The notes beneath the pieces were generated by a model. It was not told the DNA's origin, did no database searches, and saw only the letters and a list, made by a program, of their open reading frames with translations. From contig WBUL01000002.1 of the NCBI GenBank assembly GCA_008933735.1, forward strand, positions 209,937 through 273,936: DNA of 64,000 bases, read 5' to 3'. The position numbers were made by a program, and so were the translations under genes. Within the stretch, counting starts at the first letter, position 1. Every line of letters starts with the position of its first letter. This DNA comes from Anaerolineae bacterium. GTDB taxonomy: Bacteria; Chloroflexota; Anaerolineae; Aggregatilineales; J027. Shown here one piece after another: positions 20,381 through 30,199 of the stretch.

Positions 20381-22784
20381 ACTGCTCACCCCTGTTAATG
20401 TGAGAAGCTTCGGCTTGAAGTGGCAATACTGCCTGAATGGTCGTTCCACAATTCGGCTGTGATCTGATCACCAGTTGCCCGTTTAGAGCATTCACCCGCT
20501 CCCGAAGATTCGTCAAACCAAAATGCCCATTTTCCGCCCGGTGCTTCGAGGCCAGAGCCGCCGGTTCAAAACCGACCCCGTCGTCTGCTACTTCAAGAAT
20601 TACCGTGTCTTCTTTCCAGATGAGTTTTAAATCAATGCGACGAGCCTGGGCGTGCTTGAGCGCATTATTGACACTTTCCTGACAGAGCCGATAGAGGGTC
20701 AATTCTAACATCGCATCCGGCAGACGTTTGCCTTCAAATCCAGCGGCGGTGAGTTCAATCAGGATGCCAGGAGGACGCGGGAGCCACGATAACAAGGCAG
20801 GAATTAAACCGAGATCGGTCAACACCACTGGATGAACACCGCGTAAAATTTCACGAAGATGGCGCTCCGTTGAAAGTAAGGTAGCATGTAATTCCTGCAA
20901 CAAGGTTTCAGCGGAGGCTCCTGCAATACACCCCTGTAACCCACCTGCCAGCAGATTGAGATGCGCCAATTGTTGTAAGGTTTCATCATGGAGTTCGGCA
21001 GCCAGCCGACGGCGCTCACTTTCCTGCACATTGATATGCTGTTGGTAGGCCTGCCGGAGGGCGATGATTTTATCCTCCAGTTGCTCAACCAGCCGGGCAT
21101 TGTGAAACCCCAGGGTTGCTGAGCGAGTTAGTGTTTCAAAAAAACGAATGACATCACCGGGATAACCGCGCCCATCAACACGGGTACCAATGGCACATAC
21201 CCCCACCAGTTTTCGGGAAGCGATGAGTGAAATCAAGCCCAAATAGCCCTGTAATTCCTGCCAGGGGTTGATCTGTTCGACAGGTGTAAACACTCGGAGT
21301 GCCAGCAACTGCTCGTACCGGGCTCTGTCCACCGGAATGAACACCCCGGAAGCGCCTATCGGTTGCAGCGCCTGGGTCTCATCATTCCACAGCCATAAGG
21401 CTTTATCGGATGGCTGCACTCCTTGGTCCAGCGTCTCGTAGAATACCCTGGTGACTTCGCTTAGTGTGATATGCTGGCTCACCCTGTCAGTGAATTGGTG
21501 CAGCAATGCCCGTTGTGCGCTGCGTGTGCCATGAAACCAGCTATCAAATTGCTCGCGCAGCAGGTTTGCCAGGGGCACCGTCGTCAACGCAAAAATGATC
21601 GACAGTAAAATGGTCATGACGGGCAAGGCCGTTGCGTTTTTCCAGGGGGTCAGGAGGCTGGCAGCCAGCCCCAACCCGGATAGAAACAACGCCAGAGTCA
21701 GTGTTGTAGCGACACCGTGAATAAAGCCTGAAATGGGCCCCAGCGTCAGCCGTAGTGAGCGACGTGGCAGCACGGCCATCACATATCCTGCCGGAAGCAG
21801 CAGGCTCAACCATAGTTGAGGCTGGATGAACTTCGGGCTTCTGGAAAAAATCTGAGCCATGTAAACGAGGTCATAGGCGGCGATAACGATGAGTATCCAG
21901 TGCATTTGTCCACGCTGGCTGACGCTTGCCCGGCGATACTGAGCCGCCCAGATCATATAGGCAGCAGCTTTAAGAGTCACAGTGATTTGCTGTTCCCATT
22001 CAAAAAATCCGACGAACTTATCGACCAGCGTCGGCTGCATCAGGATAATGAACAGCAGACCTGCCGGATATGCCCCATAGAGGGTCGCCAGCACCAACCA
22101 GCGTCGATGGGTGTACCACACAAGTGGCACGGGAAATGTCAGCGCCGTATGCACAACTGCGCCAGTATAAAGGATACCCGCCACGACATGCAGAGCAACC
22201 TGAATGAAAAACGGCACCCGGAGGGCAACATAGCTAAATGGAACCCCCAGGGTTAGCCACGAAAGGTTCAGAAGACCGCCGCAGGCCATGAACATGAGCG
22301 GCACCGCGATGTCCGGGCGGGGTTTTTGCAGTGATATTGCCATGGCCGCAATCACGCTGCCAGCCACCGCCAGCAAAGCGAGTGCGAGGTGGTGTGGCAA
22401 TTGGGTCGCACGTGGTAACCTCATCTGGGTATTGATGACACGTTTCCCATCCCCATCACGCCTTTCAACCAGATATTGATGGCTACTTCCTATTTCCCAG
22501 TCTGTGGGCCACTCCTTGTTCGGCTGAATTGCCCGCGCCAGCCATTCCGTAACATCACGAGCATCGACGCGCAGAATGACCTGATAGGTTGCCACACCAT
22601 TATCCGACCAGGGCGAGCCCGGAGGCGCGAAATAGTTTAAGTGATACTGACCGCCGCGAAAATCGGCACTGCCGGTCAGAGTATCGGTGGGCGTAGAGAA
22701 CAATAGTCCGTGCCAGCCCACACAGATGACCAGCGACAGAATCAACAAACCGTAATACAGCCCCGCTCTGAAAAAGGTACTCAC
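20370..22784 (-). CDS. multi-TM sensor histidine kinase (GAF-like, HisKA_3, HATPase)
   Basis: ERRRLAAELHDETLQ, QESVNNALKHA, DDGVGF, FGLTNLRER. Confidence 0.92.
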   Translation of the reverse strand: MSTFFRAGLYYGLLILSLVICVGWHGLLFSTPTDTLTGSADFRGGQYHLNYFAPPGSPWSDNGVATYQVILRVDARDVTEWLARAIQPNKEWPTDWEIGSSHQYLVERRDGDGKRVINTQMRLPRATQLPHHLALALLAVAGSVIAAMAISLQKPRPDIAVPLMFMACGGLLNLSWLTLGVPFSYVALRVPFFIQVALHVVAGILYTGAVVHTALTFPVPLVWYTHRRWLVLATLYGAYPAGLLFIILMQPTLVDKFVGFFEWEQQITVTLKAAAYMIWAAQYRRASVSQRGQMHWILIVIAAYDLVYMAQIFSRSPKFIQPQLWLSLLLPAGYVMAVLPRRSLRLTLGPISGFIHGVATTLTLALFLSGLGLAASLLTPWKNATALPVMTILLSIIFALTTVPLANLLREQFDSWFHGTRSAQRALLHQFTDRVSQHITLSEVTRVFYETLDQGVQPSDKALWLWNDETQALQPIGASGVFIPVDRARYEQLLALRVFTPVEQINPWQELQGYLGLISLIASRKLVGVCAIGTRVDGRGYPGDVIRFFETLTRSATLGFHNARLVEQLEDKIIALRQAYQQHINVQESERRRLAAELHDETLQQLAHLNLLAGGLQGCIAGASAETLLQELHATLLSTERHLREILRGVHPVVLTDLGLIPALLSWLPRPPGILIELTAAGFEGKRLPDAMLELTLYRLCQESVNNALKHAQARRIDLKLIWKEDTVILEVADDGVGFEPAALASKHRAENGHFGLTNLRERVNALNGQLVIRSQPNCGTTIQAVLPLQAEASHINRGEQYGQ

Positions 22785-23860
22785 CCGTTTATTGTTGTAA
22801 GCGCATCTATTGAACGATTATCACCAGGAAATGTATCTGCCAGGTTGACTAGCGGTTGTGGCAGCGTGGTTGTTCCCTCGCGTGCTGCCCATTCGCCTTC
22901 AGGGACATCGCGTACAGAAAGCCCTGCCCAGTTGATCAGGTCGCCTCGATAGTCTGGAACAACACCGCGCTCCCATTGAAAGACAACACTCTCTCCAGGG
23001 AGCAGTTCACCCTGTAACAACCACAGCCATACTTCTTCATCTTGCCGGAGCTGCTTCCAGCGCCCCATCACCTGAAAACTGCCGAAATCCGGATCCACAA
23101 CGGGTTGCGCCAGCAAACTGCCTCCATCAGTATTTAAAGACCAGCCCGCTACCAGATAAAACTGCCGGATTGGTTGAGGGCCATGATTGGCAACCAGCCA
23201 GGTCGAAGCCAAAGGATGCCCGGCGGCCATCGTGGTCAGCACCCCTGTCTGGTACAGGGCTAAATCAATGCCTTCGCCTCTGGGAGTGGGGGTGACTACC
23301 GTAACACCGTCTGTTGTGCGATTATTATCAGGATTCAGATCAACTGCACTCTCAACGGGAGGTGGTGTTGTGATCGCTGTTGAGGGTCTGGCCTGCCAGG
23401 TTCCCTCAAGTTCACCATCTGTCAGGATACGGGCCCAGTTTACAAGAATCCCCTGATAGGCGCTGTCCACTCGTACCGTCCAGTCAAACTGGATGGTATC
23501 ACCAGGAGCAAGCTCTCCCTCCAGTAACCAAGCGAGGACTTCCTGATCTTCACGATCCTGCTGCCACGCCCCTACCAGCGCGAATGATCCAAAGTCCGGG
23601 TCAACGATCGGTGCTGCAAATCCGCTGATCCCTTCATCGTCCACAGACCAACCGTCCAGAATGTAAAACGATTGCACCACTGAAGGCCCATAGTTGGTTA
23701 CTGTGATGGTATAGGTCAGACTTGAGCCGGGCAGCGCTTCCGCCACCAGGCCCAATTGATAGGCTGCGACATCAGCGCTGACAGGTAACTGAGCGCCAAC
23801 TGGCGATATTGCCACAAGAGCAGAAACAAGAATAAGTATCAAAACAGCACGTTTAACCAT
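22781..23860 (-). CDS. secreted protein with two tandem DUF11-like Ig domains
   Basis: Signal peptide ending VGAQ; LTYTITVTNYGP / WLVANHGP; each repeat ends NPDNNR / PGDNRS; GTGA overlap with the kinase gene. Confidence 0.7.
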   Translation of the reverse strand: MVKRAVLILILVSALVAISPVGAQLPVSADVAAYQLGLVAEALPGSSLTYTITVTNYGPSVVQSFYILDGWSVDDEGISGFAAPIVDPDFGSFALVGAWQQDREDQEVLAWLLEGELAPGDTIQFDWTVRVDSAYQGILVNWARILTDGELEGTWQARPSTAITTPPPVESAVDLNPDNNRTTDGVTVVTPTPRGEGIDLALYQTGVLTTMAAGHPLASTWLVANHGPQPIRQFYLVAGWSLNTDGGSLLAQPVVDPDFGSFQVMGRWKQLRQDEEVWLWLLQGELLPGESVVFQWERGVVPDYRGDLINWAGLSVRDVPEGEWAAREGTTTLPQPLVNLADTFPGDNRSIDALTTING

Positions 23861-24095
23861 AACCACCTTGAATTTGAGGCTCATAAGTACCCACGCCTTT
23901 AAGTGCCTGGTCATTGATTCTGATAATATCGCTGTTTTTGAAATCTTGCATAGTGGGCGTGCCACAAATTTGGAATAGGTGCTCACCCCTAAAAAAAGAT
24001 GTGCATCCACCTACTTCTGGCATCGCTTCCGAGCCCTTATAGTGATTGAAACGCAACAAAAATCGTATAGATGTACTGATCCCAAGGAGGGACAG

Positions 24096-24659
24096 ATGTT
24101 CTTCAGAAAAATGTTGGTGCTGGTCATGCTGGCTGTATTGAGTATCCCTGTTATGGGCTATGCACAGGACAGCGGAGAAGAAAGCCTCGTGCTGTTTATT
24201 GGAACAGTTACGGGGGTACCTGATGAATTTGTGGGACTGGCGGTTGAAGGCGAAAACGTCACACTCTACATCTGCGATGGCAAAGCCGACGAGGGCACAG
24301 TTTCGATTGCACAGTGGTTTGTTGGCACAGTGGCCGATAACACGATTGACATCACTGCGCCTAACGGCAACCGCGTTCAGGTAACGTTGACGGAGGATGC
24401 TGCCACAGGGACATTCACCTTCACCGACGGCAGCACCAGGGATTTCGTCCTGGCGCTGGCAGAGGGTGAAGCCGCCCTGTATCGCTCCGACTTTGCGTTT
24501 GGTGATGAAGAATTCGTGCTTGGCTGGCTGGTTCTGGCGGATGGCTCGTTACGCGGTGCGGGCTTTGTCAAATCCACTGGAGAGTTATTCCCCGCGACGC
24601 TTGAGCGCCCCGGCACACGCTTATGTTTAACGATTGGTTGTTCGGGTGCGCCAGAGTAA
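24096..24659 (+). CDS. secreted hypothetical beta-rich protein
   Basis: AAGGAGG RBS, signal peptide ending YAQD; divergent from the two-component operon. Confidence 0.75.
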   Translation: MFFRKMLVLVMLAVLSIPVMGYAQDSGEESLVLFIGTVTGVPDEFVGLAVEGENVTLYICDGKADEGTVSIAQWFVGTVADNTIDITAPNGNRVQVTLTEDAATGTFTFTDGSTRDFVLALAEGEAALYRSDFAFGDEEFVLGWLVLADGSLRGAGFVKSTGELFPATLERPGTRLCLTIGCSGAPE

Positions 24660-24905
24660 ATAACGTTACTGAACTTTCGCCACAAGGGGATGTAAACAAC
24701 GAAACCGACAAAAGTCCGCTGGATCATCCAGCACAGGTGTTTGTTATCGATTTGAAGCGCGGATGGTGGTGAGGAAAAATTCCTATGCTCGGTGATATGG
24801 TCTGTGTTTACCCAGCAGGAGGGGTATATCGCACCACCGATCGTGCTTTTGCTGGAACTTTTCAGGGAATAAGATGCGGTAGATCACATCATTTAAGGAG
24901 AATCA

Positions 24906-26057
24906 ATGAAGCGCCTAATTACACTCCTGGTTTTGATTGGTTCTGTCCTTGCGCCGATGCATGTACTGGCTCAAACAGAAATTCGTGTTGCCGTTGCGCG
25001 GCTTCAAGATGCCAACGGTCTCTTTATAGGCACAGTGACCTTTACCCAGGTCAATACCAATGTCGCGGTCGTCGCGCAGGTCACAGGGTTGCCACCCGGC
25101 CCACATGGGTTGCACGTTCATGAAGTGGGGCTGTGTGAAAGCACTGGCGAATCGCCGTTTGCTTCAGCAGGGTCTCACTATAATCCCGGAGGTGTTACAC
25201 ATGGCAGTCACGCAGGTGATCTCCCTGCGCTGCTTGTCCTGAATAATGGAACAGGCTATCTGACAACCTTCACAGACCGTTTCGCAGTCGCGGATTTGAT
25301 CGATGCTGATGGCAGTGCGGTAATTATCCATGCCAACGCGGACAACTATGCCAATATCCCGGAGCGATACGGTGCTCCTGATGAAGAGACACTCGCCACC
25401 GGCGATGCCGGATCACGGATTGCCTGCGGGATTGTCCAAAGCACAGCAACCGCCTGGGACGCCTCTGATACCATTGCGGCGTTTCAAACGCTTCCGCTCG
25501 ACCTAATCCCTGCTTCAGTGAGCCGGGAAGAGAAAGCGGAACGAGGCTCGCTCATCATGACGCTCGATGCGTTAGGCGGGGCACAAATTATGACCCAGAT
25601 TATCAGTGGTGATGGGGGACAGATTGGTACAATGACCAGAGAGGGCGATAACCTTCTTTTCACCTTCACTGAAATCACCTACGAGGTTGGAACGATACAC
25701 CTGCCCGGTGGCTTGAGTATCGCACCCCAGCGTATTACGCTAGACCCCAGCCAACCCAGTACCATGCAGGTTAATCTGACTACAGGCGAAGTTACGCGCA
25801 ACTTGCACTGGATCATGACGGGCACCAATGTGCTCTACGATGGACAGCCTTCGGTAGCCCTGGGTGACACTGCCAACGCGCAGATTGTCGAGATTCAAAA
25901 CCTTGGCAATAACCAATTCAGTGTGCGCCTGATCACCCACTGGAAAGCGGAACTCGCGCCAACCAGCATGACAATCAACGGTACGGTTGTGCCGGGCGGG
26001 CGGATTACTTCGCAGGCGGAATTTGACGGTAAGTATCTGATAGACTTCAATCAATAG
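24906..26057 (+). CDS. sodC: secreted Cu/Zn superoxide dismutase with a ~200-aa C-terminal extension
   Basis: HGLHVHE, SHYNP, HGSHAGDL, IIHA, GDAGSRIACG; signal peptide; AAGGAG RBS. Confidence 0.88.
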   Translation: MKRLITLLVLIGSVLAPMHVLAQTEIRVAVARLQDANGLFIGTVTFTQVNTNVAVVAQVTGLPPGPHGLHVHEVGLCESTGESPFASAGSHYNPGGVTHGSHAGDLPALLVLNNGTGYLTTFTDRFAVADLIDADGSAVIIHANADNYANIPERYGAPDEETLATGDAGSRIACGIVQSTATAWDASDTIAAFQTLPLDLIPASVSREEKAERGSLIMTLDALGGAQIMTQIISGDGGQIGTMTREGDNLLFTFTEITYEVGTIHLPGGLSIAPQRITLDPSQPSTMQVNLTTGEVTRNLHWIMTGTNVLYDGQPSVALGDTANAQIVEIQNLGNNQFSVRLITHWKAELAPTSMTINGTVVPGGRITSQAEFDGKYLIDFNQ

Positions 26058-26073
26058 ACCTATCCCCGGAAAT

Positions 26074-26111
26074 GCCACAGAAGTGGTCATGTGTCTGTTC
26101 GCTTCTGTGGC
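26074..26111 (+). terminator. hairpin downstream of sodC
   Basis: GCCACAGAAG...CTTCTGTGGC; no U tract. Confidence 0.4.
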
Positions 26112-26227
26112 GCGGGTCAAGCAGCCCCAAACCCGCTAGCGTAGGCATGGTGCGAATCGAATGACCTTTTGAAGATACAGCCCACCATGCCAAGCTGTCT
26201 CGTGTTGCTGCGGGACGCCCCTTTCCT

Positions 26228-26255
26228 TGTAATAAAAATCTCCTTTTAGCGATAT
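26228..26255 (+). promoter_or_regulatory. candidate ECF-sigma promoter
   Basis: TGTAAT-N16-CGATAT about 20 nt before the 26277 start; resembles tGTAAc/CGw ECF promoters. Confidence 0.35.
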
Positions 26256-26276
26256 AGCTTGCAAAAGGAGTTCACC

Positions 26277-27356
26277 ATGACCAAGCGTACAGTATTCTAC
26301 CTGGTTTGCGTAATACTGCTGGTTGTGCCAGCAGCCTTTATCGCGCAGGCGTCCACCCCACCAATACAATCGGGAACACCTGTTGAAATGATAGGCACAG
26401 TTACTGATATCCAAAGCCCGACCGATATTCGCGTCAATGACACATTGGTAAAGCTTAGCGCTGTCTCTCCTGCGATACCGTTACAGATTGGCGTGACTGT
26501 GGAACTTAAGGGCGAGCTGAACGCGAACAACACCATCACAGCAAATGACCTTGAAATCACTGACAAATCACCCGAAGAGGTTCAGATCATTGGTTTTGTT
26601 GAAGCGATTCAGGGAACCTTGATCATCGTTGGCGGTCACATAGTTGATACCTCTACTGCCGAACGCAAGGTTGAAATTGCGCTCGGCATCAAGGTAAAAA
26701 TGACCGCCAGGCCTGCTGCAAACGGCGGATGGGCCGCCAGCAAAATTGACGACAACGATGATGATGATGATGATGACCTTCAACCCGGCCAGGTTATCCT
26801 GATTGGCACAGTTCGGCAAATTAATGCCACGATTGTCACTATTAGCAACCAGGCAATTGATACTTCCGACAACCCTACTGATGCGCCGCTTTTCGTTGGA
26901 GTTCGCGTTCGCACCAAAATTCAGTTCACAAATGGCAAACTGGTTGCCATCACCAAGATTACCCTCCAGATTGGCGGGAATGATGATGACAATGGCACGA
27001 CAAAAGCAACTGAGCAAGCGACCCCTGACGACGATGATGACGACTTCGGCGATGTGGACATCGTGATCGAGGGCCCTGTTACTGCTATTAACATCAACAT
27101 CATCACCATTTATGACTTCGATATTCAGCTCAGACAAGACGATGATGTTCTAAAAGACCTTAAAATAGGCGATTTGCTGCGTGTGGAAGGGAATTTCCAG
27201 CGTGACGGTGCTACCGTTATCGTGGTGGCGGTCAATGTCGCTATCGTCAACATCGAGGTAAATGTTAATTCTGGCGGTGGGGGTTCACCTCCGGCAGGTG
27301 GCGGCGCACCTTCAGGAGGAGGAAATGGCGGTGGTGGCGACGATGACGACGATTAG
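26277..27356 (+). CDS. secreted DUF5666-like repeat protein with poly-Asp tracts
   Basis: Signal peptide; 4 repeats of G-x-V...I-x-V...G-x-x-V-x-V/L; DDNDDDDDDD, DDDDDD and a terminal GGGGDDDDD. Confidence 0.78.
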   Translation: MTKRTVFYLVCVILLVVPAAFIAQASTPPIQSGTPVEMIGTVTDIQSPTDIRVNDTLVKLSAVSPAIPLQIGVTVELKGELNANNTITANDLEITDKSPEEVQIIGFVEAIQGTLIIVGGHIVDTSTAERKVEIALGIKVKMTARPAANGGWAASKIDDNDDDDDDDLQPGQVILIGTVRQINATIVTISNQAIDTSDNPTDAPLFVGVRVRTKIQFTNGKLVAITKITLQIGGNDDDNGTTKATEQATPDDDDDDFGDVDIVIEGPVTAININIITIYDFDIQLRQDDDVLKDLKIGDLLRVEGNFQRDGATVIVVAVNVAIVNIEVNVNSGGGGSPPAGGGAPSGGGNGGGGDDDDD

Positions 27357-27425
27357 GCCACAGGCCCAGCCTTGTGCATAATCTAATTGACCTGACTTTA
27401 ACGGACTTGCTCATTGAGACAACTC

Positions 27426-27965
27426 ATGACCGATGACGCCCGCCAACTTCTTGAACTGGCCCGGAGACGAGATTCGGAGGCGATTGCTGAACTCTATCAC
27501 CAGTACGCCCAGAAAATTGCCCGCTATATTTACTATCGGGTATCAGATTCTGCGGTGGTCGAAGATTTAACGGCAAATGTCTTCTTGATTATGGTCGAAA
27601 AACTCCCCCGCTATCAGGATACAGGCGCTCCTTTTGAGGCGTGGCTCTACCGCATTGCCAGCGCTCAGGTGGCGGATTATTACCGTACCTTGAAAAAACG
27701 CCCTCAAGAAACCCTGTCAGAATCCCATGCTAATGGGCATCCGTCATTGGAAACAATGGTGCAAGATCAAGAGTATCGCAGGCGACTTCAGCTTGCGATC
27801 AACCAACTCAGTGAGCAGGAGCAAACAATCCTGTTCTTACGTTTTGTTGAGCGTAAAAAGCATGAAGAAGTTGCTCAGAAGTTGGGCAAAACGCCACAGG
27901 CGGTAGCAGTGCTACAGCATCGTGCCCTCAAACGGTTAGCAGCGATGATAGAGAGAGGAGAATAA
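27426..27965 (+). CDS. ECF RNA polymerase sigma-70 factor
   Basis: EDLTANVF, FEAWLYRIA (region 2); LSEQEQTILFLRF...EVAQKLGKT...QHRALKRL (region 4). Confidence 0.93.
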   Translation: MTDDARQLLELARRRDSEAIAELYHQYAQKIARYIYYRVSDSAVVEDLTANVFLIMVEKLPRYQDTGAPFEAWLYRIASAQVADYYRTLKKRPQETLSESHANGHPSLETMVQDQEYRRRLQLAINQLSEQEQTILFLRFVERKKHEEVAQKLGKTPQAVAVLQHRALKRLAAMIERGE

Positions 27966-27967
27966 TC

Positions 27968-28735
27968 ATGGACGATGAACTTCGCCAGCTCCTTGACTTG
28001 CTAGAAGCGGCTGTCCCAGCAGACAGCAATCGTTTGGGTGACGCTAAGGGAAATCGTCTGGTAGAAATTGCCCAGGAAATCGCCCAACTGCCTGTTCCCC
28101 AGACACCGCTTTCGGAGGAAGACTTTCTGAAAATTGAGCGTGCGGTGCGAATTGAAGCGGAAAGAATAGGAGTGCCACACTTCCACCCCCCGTGGGCTGT
28201 GTTTGCGGCAACCTTTCTTGTTGTCCTTGTCCTAGTGATCAGCGTGATTTTCCTGCTGTCAGAAAACGAGGACAAATCCGACAGACTAACTACACCTGAT
28301 ATGGCAGAAACTATTTCTCCAACAGAAAGTCCGACTATGATTGTCACCGTATCGCCCGTCCCCAGTGCAACCCTGACAGCGACCCAGGAAAGCACCGCTG
28401 TTCCTACAGCGCAGGTCATCCCATCTGCTACGGCACCTACCCTGGAAACCGACTTACCAGTGACATTAATTATAGAAGGGTCTGTGGAAGCGATTAACGT
28501 CAATGTCATTCGCGTGTACGGGATTGAAATCGAACTTGCGCCAGATGACCTCGCTGAACTGCGTGTTGGAGATATGGTACGGATCGAGGCAGCGGTTTCA
28601 GAGGGCAATATTTTCATCGCAATTACGATGGAAGTTATCCAACCAACCTCTCCAAACAATAACAGGGGCAGCGGAGGGGAGGAAATCCCCTCAGGCGGCG
28701 AAAATGAGGATGGCGCAGATGACGATGATGATTAG
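27968..28735 (+). CDS. putative single-TM anti-sigma factor with DUF5666-like domain and poly-Asp tail
   Basis: Starts 2 nt after the sigma gene; cytoplasmic N-terminus, TM helix, P/T-rich linker, domain similar to the last repeat of 26277..27356, ends GADDDDD. Confidence 0.72.
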   Translation: MDDELRQLLDLLEAAVPADSNRLGDAKGNRLVEIAQEIAQLPVPQTPLSEEDFLKIERAVRIEAERIGVPHFHPPWAVFAATFLVVLVLVISVIFLLSENEDKSDRLTTPDMAETISPTESPTMIVTVSPVPSATLTATQESTAVPTAQVIPSATAPTLETDLPVTLIIEGSVEAINVNVIRVYGIEIELAPDDLAELRVGDMVRIEAAVSEGNIFIAITMEVIQPTSPNNNRGSGGEEIPSGGENEDGADDDDD

Positions 28736-28771
28736 TTCACGCGGTTAAAGCTTCCAAATGAAGAGGAAAAA

Positions 28772-30193
28772 ATGAAATTCTCAATCAAAAACAAAAAATT
28801 CGTCCAGCTCTTTGTCTTGGGGCTCCTGGTATTAGGTGGTTCAGTCCATGCCCAACAGGAACAACCCATGATTGTCTTCACCTCTGGACGGGACGGGAAT
28901 CAAGAAATCTACGTAATGAATGCAGACGGAAGCAACCAGATAAATCTGACGAATCACCCCGCCAATGACTGGAACCCATCGTGGTCGCCGGATGGAACAC
29001 AGATCGTGTTTACTTCTGACCGAGACGGTAACACCGAAATCTACGTCATGAATGTGGATGGGAGCGATGTGCAGCGTCTGACCGAAAATACCGCCAGTGA
29101 TGATCATGCACAATGGCGGCCTCAGATTCCTGGCGCACCACTGGTTAATATCCAGCCAACGCCTGTCTCACATGAAAATCCAGTTTCCGCTGGCTTCGGA
29201 GTCGTACCGGATTTAACCGGGTTGGGTGTGCCACAGGCCGCCGCCCTGCTCAATCGCAATGGGCTTTTGCTCGGTGACCAAAGCAATCAACTCTGGACAG
29301 CTCTCTCACCTGCCCCGCCGAACACCATTGGTGCTCAATCCATCTCTGCTGGTGAGCAAGCCGGGATAGGCACTTCCATAGATATAACCTTGCTGCAAAC
29401 GGCGAATGCACTGCTAGTATGGGATGACAATGACATTACCTTGGTCAATAATACGGGTTTACCCCTCGATTTAACGACAATCCGCTTTAGCTCGATAGAC
29501 GGCAGCGCAGCAGCATCCTACGCGGCGAGTACGTGGTCAAATGATATGCGGGCGAACAGATGCGCTCAACTCTGGTCGGAGTTTCGCTCAACGCCCAAAG
29601 CAATTGATGAGTGCGGGCTTATCCAGTATAACCGTTCCACAACCAACCCTGCCGAACATTTTTGGACGGGTACGAATGGGGCAACTCAATTTAATGTGGC
29701 ACAAAATGGCGAACAGCGGGCCGTGTGTACGATTGCAGAGAGACGCTGCGAATTTTACTTAGAAGGGATCGGCGGCGGGACAAACAGCGCCAATACGGCC
29801 TATATTTATCTCGCTTACACAGCTGACCGCCTTATTATCAAAAATACATCGCCAGATCAGTGGATGCCTCTGGCCGAAACCGTGATTTACAACACCCTGA
29901 TTTCAGCAGAAGGTACGCCTATTCGGGTAGGGGACCCTTCCCTCTACGGGGGGCAGCAGATAATTGGCAGGGTAGACCGCCTCGCGCCGAATCAGTGCAT
30001 TTTCTTTACGAATGGAGCACCCCTCCGCGAGAATCCGCCTGAAGATTGTGATGTACTTGTGCGGGTGGATTTGAACCCACAAACCGCTTTCTGGAACGCG
30101 GCTTTTGACATCAATAGTACCACCGATAACCAGCGCCGTACCTGCCCCGTACCTAAACCGGACAATCTGACCCTATGCATATTGCCGCGCTGA
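28772..30193 (+). CDS. secreted protein with TolB/PD40 repeats, a PASTA domain and two Cys-containing domains
   Basis: IVFTSGRDGNQEIYVMNADGS twice, PSWSPDG, VVPDLTGL...AAALL...GL. Confidence 0.8.
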   Translation: MKFSIKNKKFVQLFVLGLLVLGGSVHAQQEQPMIVFTSGRDGNQEIYVMNADGSNQINLTNHPANDWNPSWSPDGTQIVFTSDRDGNTEIYVMNVDGSDVQRLTENTASDDHAQWRPQIPGAPLVNIQPTPVSHENPVSAGFGVVPDLTGLGVPQAAALLNRNGLLLGDQSNQLWTALSPAPPNTIGAQSISAGEQAGIGTSIDITLLQTANALLVWDDNDITLVNNTGLPLDLTTIRFSSIDGSAAASYAASTWSNDMRANRCAQLWSEFRSTPKAIDECGLIQYNRSTTNPAEHFWTGTNGATQFNVAQNGEQRAVCTIAERRCEFYLEGIGGGTNSANTAYIYLAYTADRLIIKNTSPDQWMPLAETVIYNTLISAEGTPIRVGDPSLYGGQQIIGRVDRLAPNQCIFFTNGAPLRENPPEDCDVLVRVDLNPQTAFWNAAFDINSTTDNQRRTCPVPKPDNLTLCILPR

Positions 30194-30199
30194 GGTGCA

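Noticed and set aside
26750..26778. (GAT)n microsatellite as a phase-variation switch
   Set aside because: In-frame triplet repeat encoding poly-Asp; slippage would not shift the frame.
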